NCBI GenBank assembly: GCA_000320545.1
Contig: ADNK01000834.1
Location: 1-38,713, forward strand
DNA: 38,713 nucleotides
Direction: 5' to 3'
Origin: Bigelowiella natans CCMP2755
Taxonomy: Eukaryota > Protista > Cercozoa
Shown here: positions 34,834-38,713 of the stretch, piece after piece
Layout of the letters: every line of letters starts with the position of its first letter
Numbering within the stretch: the first letter of the stretch is position 1
Notes under the pieces: model-generated
The model's database searches: none
What the model was told of the DNA's origin: nothing
The model's input: only the letters and a program-made list of their open reading frames with translations
Position numbers and translations under genes: made by a program

Positions 34834-35696
34834 GGGGGACAGATTCTTGGGATCGTGATGACAACGATTTATGCACGAATAATAACGGACGCTCAGGAGT
34901 ACAAATACATTCCAATCGTTATGTTATGTAGTACAATCAGTTTGCTACATCAGCAACCACTTGCGCCGATACACGATGGTGGCGTTTGGCAATGTATTTG
35001 TATTACCTGCTAATGCGAGCAAGCGCCATGCAAGTTTACAGTTTAGCGAGTGCACGCAAAAGCACAGCCATGATATACAAGCTTTACTGTACAGACACAG
35101 CGGTGTGACAGCTACGAATATGTGTCGTCTGCTGTCGGTACCGTTGTCGCTGGTGACAAATTTACATGTGCACACAGCGCTTGTCGCTACACGAGGATGA
35201 CCATTGAACAAATTTAATTTGATTTGATTACATCCCGCCTCGCTCACATCTAGCTAGACATGTGTATATGCGTATATGCGCACACATATGTACATGCTAG
35301 CTAGCTAGTATACTAGCATGTCACATGAAACAACATGCATGCTCTTGCTACCTAGCATACACTTAATATTATAAAAAAGCAAGGAACAAGCATGTGCTGC
35401 TATACTGCAGCTGTTGCGATTCTTACTATCTCGTCAATATTGCGCTGCAAACGTTGGCATACTTCATTTAGCACGCGCACCGCGTGTGTGTGTGTGTGTG
35501 TGTGTGTACACATTGGGTTCATGTTTTCACGCACATTATAATTTCATGGCGGCTTCGATGAGCCACAAATCGCATACGCCCATACATGTTATAATGCTTT
35601 ATTTCACTAGGCTAGTAGGGACACTTCAGCAATGCGAGATGTCATGAGATTGAGGGGGATAGAATTGTGATGAAAATCTTATTTGGGTTGAGAAGC

Positions 35697-36590
35697 TCAC
35701 TTATATGTTTTTTTTGATTTTTCGATAGCTTGAAGCATTTCCTTTTGCTTCACTATCCAAGGGTGATTGGGTGAATTTTTCTCGAAATCAGACGATAAAC
35801 GCTGAATCGTCTCCGGTGCCTTACGCATATGCTGAAGGCATATCATTGTGTTGATGTAGGTATCCGGACTAATTTTTGTTTTCGATTTGAGAGCCAAATC
35901 GCGTGCGGCGCCTAGCGTAGACAATGCTTCTACGTACTGAGCCTGCTTGATTTGGCACACTGCGATGCTGTTGAGGAGCATGATTGATGAACCGAATTTC
36001 TCTTGTAAGTCCTGATATGTATCTAAAGCTTCTGATACCTTATTCCCTCCCTGAACCACGTTTATCCAAGCTCCTGCAAGTTGGGTCAAGGTATCATCTT
36101 CCTCGATCTGAATCATTTTCTTAAGAATCTGCTGTGCCAGGTCAACCCTGTCTTCGCCCAACAAAATTTGGATCGTCAACCCCATCATGTCAAGTGTAGA
36201 CCCATTGTAGATGAGTTTAAGAGCCTCTTTCTTCTTCCCAGCTGCAAGATACATCTCTGCGCCAATCAAAGGGAACGTTTTATCACTGGCCATTGATCCG
36301 TCCTCAACAATTTCGTTGAGCTTCTCCAATGCCATGGCTTTTTGTTCCTCAGAGCTAGTAAGGTATGTACTGTGTAATTGGATAACTTGCAACACGGTTG
36401 GCGAGTTTTTGTTGATTTCCTTCGCCACCAGACTGTGGTTCCCCATTACAACGTGCGCGCGGTACAAATACGCCAGTCGTGAGGTCTCGGTTGCACCAGA
36501 GAGAGTGCCCAAGGTCTTGGCCTCCTTGACAATGGCATCGTACTGACCAAGATAGAAGTAACTTCTGAGAGAAACGAGGTCGTTGGACAT
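35697..36590 (-). CDS. COPE: Coatomer subunit epsilon (epsilon-COP), intronless
   Basis: 297 aa. DLVSLRSYFYLGQY, YLYRAHVVMG, IQILLGEDRVDLAQQILKKMIQIEEDDTLTQLAGAW, YQDLQEKFGSSIMLLNSIAVC and PNHPWI match the epsilon-COP TPR-like pattern and length. Confidence 0.95.
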   Translation of the reverse strand: MSNDLVSLRSYFYLGQYDAIVKEAKTLGTLSGATETSRLAYLYRAHVVMGNHSLVAKEINKNSPTVLQVIQLHSTYLTSSEEQKAMALEKLNEIVEDGSMASDKTFPLIGAEMYLAAGKKKEALKLIYNGSTLDMMGLTIQILLGEDRVDLAQQILKKMIQIEEDDTLTQLAGAWINVVQGGNKVSEALDTYQDLQEKFGSSIMLLNSIAVCQIKQAQYVEALSTLGAARDLALKSKTKISPDTYINTMICLQHMRKAPETIQRLSSDFEKNSPNHPWIVKQKEMLQAIEKSKKTYK

Positions 36591-36773
36591 TGTGGGAACT
36601 CGAAGGCTCGCTGGGGGGGGGAGGATGACGAATGAAGAATAGCGGAAGGCCGGGGCAAATCAGTGATTACCGGAAATCCCCGGCATTCGAATTCGAGGAG
36701 ACTGAAAAAAGGGTTTGCAGAGTGGTATAGGGTATTCTACGATGTTTCCAGGTGAATTTTGTGCCTCGTTTCA

Positions 36774-38713
36774 ATGTTCGCCGCACTTTGTTTTCTGAAT
36801 GGAATTCTTCTTGTCGCATGGGGGAATTCCAGGAATTCTCCTCTTCCGAAAATCCAACATCAATTTATGATGATTATTAAACAGCAAAGTCTGCTCCTTC
36901 CGCGAGGATTTTCATGGATCTACGATTGGGTGGGCTTAAAATCGGGAGAAAGTGAGGCGGTTGCGTGCGACTATTTACAGATGGCCAAATCTTTTCCCTC
37001 GAATGACTGATAAATGGTGATGCCACTCTCCGCCCGCTCTTCTTTGCAGAAATGAGTCCAAATAATATCGAGCGACAAACGGGTTCCGTCACCTCGCAGG
37101 CACGCGCAGGAGCAACTTGTTCACGCGACTTCGAAAGGATGATGTCGCAAAAAAAGAATCCCATCCGCCCGGCCTTGGAGTAATAAGAGTTCTGGAATGT
37201 CAGATAAAAGTCTGAGGACTGGAGAGAATACTGAAGCGTACACACAAATAATACCGCAACCCGCCCCTGCTTCGGCCCTTCTTGGCGACTGAAACGGGTC
37301 AAGGAGAGCGAAAATAATGCTACGAAGGAGGCCGCGGGTTTGGGTGCTGACAATCCTCCTCCTCTCCCTCGCATGGTATGTGAAACTACGCGTTTGTCGA
37401 CGTGCCTGGACTCCCTGACAATTTGTTTTGGGATGTTCTTTTGTTTGGAATGGAAGTCTTGAGAATGCGTCTTTTTTAGGCCTCTCTCCCGCGCCTCGCC
37501 TACGTTAGCACCAGTCACCAGAGGCAAGAGTACCCGATGGCCCTTCTGACTACACAAACACACTCGTGACTGCGTTTTGAGATGCATACATATTGTTACT
37601 TTACCTCAGATCCAACACGTAGTCCGGTTATCTCACCAACAACAGGTTGAGACATGCTTAGTGCAAAGCGCCTCCACTAACTGACTTATCCCAGCTCCCG
37701 CTCACTGCCCCCTTCTCCCTAACTAATACTTCTGCATTTACTGATTCCCGTTCGATTTTGCACTCTCATCTACATAGTTATCGATAATGGTGGTGATGAT
37801 GATGATGATGATGATGATGATCAAGGGGGTAATAGTTTCATGCACTAAAACCAGCCCCCCCTTTCGAAGTAGAAAGTATTCTTGTGTATGCATATGCATA
37901 TTAGTAGAATAAATGTGTAGTATATGAGGTACCACTCTCTCCGTCAACATCATCCTTGGCTGGTTCTCCCAGCACCCCGTTTCCCTTTATTCGTTCCCTA
38001 TCTTCGTTTTCCCTGCCAACGTTGGCTCCATTGACTGTTTTCCCTTTGAACTTTTCTTCCTTCAGCTCCTCCTTCTACCCTACCCCCGTCCTCGCTGTCT
38101 CCAGTAACATCATCTCCATTGACGGGTTCTCCCAACACCAAATCCCCTTCCACTCTCCCTCCCTCTTCGATTTCCCCGTCAACCCTGTCTCCATTGACTG
38201 GGTCTCCCAACACTAATTCCCCTTCTACTCTCCCTCCCTCTTCCGTTTCCCCGTCAACCTTGTCTCCCTTTACGGGTTCTCCCAACACCAAATCCCCTTC
38301 CACTCTCCCTCCCTCTTCGATATCCCCGTCAACCCTGTCTCCATTGACTGGGTCTCCCAACACTAATTCCCCTTCTACTCTCCCTCCCTCTTCCGTTTCC
38401 CCGTCAACCTTGTCTCCCTTTACGGGTTCTCCCAACACCAAATCCCCTTCCACTCTCCCTCCCTCTTCGATATCCCCGTCAACCCTGTCTCCATTGACTG
38501 GGTCTCCCAACACCAAATCCCCTTCCACTCTCCCTCCCTCTTCGATATCCCCGTCAACTTTGTGTCCCTTGACTTGGTCTCCCAATACGCTCGCTCCCTT
38601 GACGGGTTCTCCTAACACACTTTCTCCCTCTACCCTTCCCCCTTCCTCGCTTTCCCCATCAACCCTGTCCCCCTTAACTGATTCTCCCAATACGCTTTCT
38701 CCCTCTACCCTTC
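36774..38713 (+). CDS. Putative secreted Ser/Thr/Pro-rich (mucin-like) protein, incomplete at the right edge
   Basis: Signal-like MFAALCFLNGILLVAWG. Pro/Thr-rich exon candidates (PLSRASPTLAPVT, DPTRSPVISPTT). From ~38060 a stop-free + frame reads (PLTGSPNTKSPSTLPPSSISPSTLS)n to the window end. Linking the upstream exons to the repeat is inference. Confidence 0.55.
38060..38713 (+). repeat. Coding minisatellite: 75-bp unit (five 15-bp subunits) with a 150-bp higher-order repeat
   Basis: CCATTGAC/CCCTTTAC unit starts at 38116, 38191, 38266, 38341, 38416 and 38491. 38191-38340 matches 38341-38490. Confidence 0.95.

Noticed and set aside
36877-37587. 236-aa minus-strand ORF
   Set aside because: No recognisable domain or protein-like pattern; it overlaps candidate + strand exons of the mucin-like gene.
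37998-38690. 230-aa G/E/V/D-rich minus ORF, or a CRISPR-like array
   Set aside because: Antisense shadow of the S/T/P repeat. The units are contiguous with no unique spacers, and there are no cas genes.

Overview
Gene-dense, intron-rich eukaryotic nuclear DNA. It probably comes from an alga with a secondary plastid (inference from a PsbP-domain protein with signal peptide, transit-like region and twin-Arg motif; chlorarachniophyte-like). Most ORFs in the supplied track are spurious or are exon fragments, so I assembled genes by eye from GT..AG-bounded exons; exon boundaries are approximate. Left to right: ArfGAP+PH protein (-), a possible unknown gene (+), a non-LTR retrotransposon (split ORF1, intact APE-RT-CCHC ORF2 with unusual RT motifs), a methyltransferase-like protein (-), a signal-peptide aldo/keto reductase with an altered catalytic tetrad (+), a hypothetical (-), a HIBCH/mS47-like crotonase (+), an intronless SGNH hydrolase (-), a PsbP-domain protein (+), a DUF1349 protein (-), a possible small gene (+), a multi-TM + RI-type LRR protein (-), an unknown gene (+), coatomer epsilon (-), and a Ser/Thr/Pro mucin-like repeat gene (+, runs off the window). 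Host genes appear to alternate strand in divergent pairs. Each convergent junction holds a purine-pyrimidine-alternating spacer, and the LINE sits inside one of these spacers. I found no prokaryotic-type system, rRNA, tRNA or CRISPR array.
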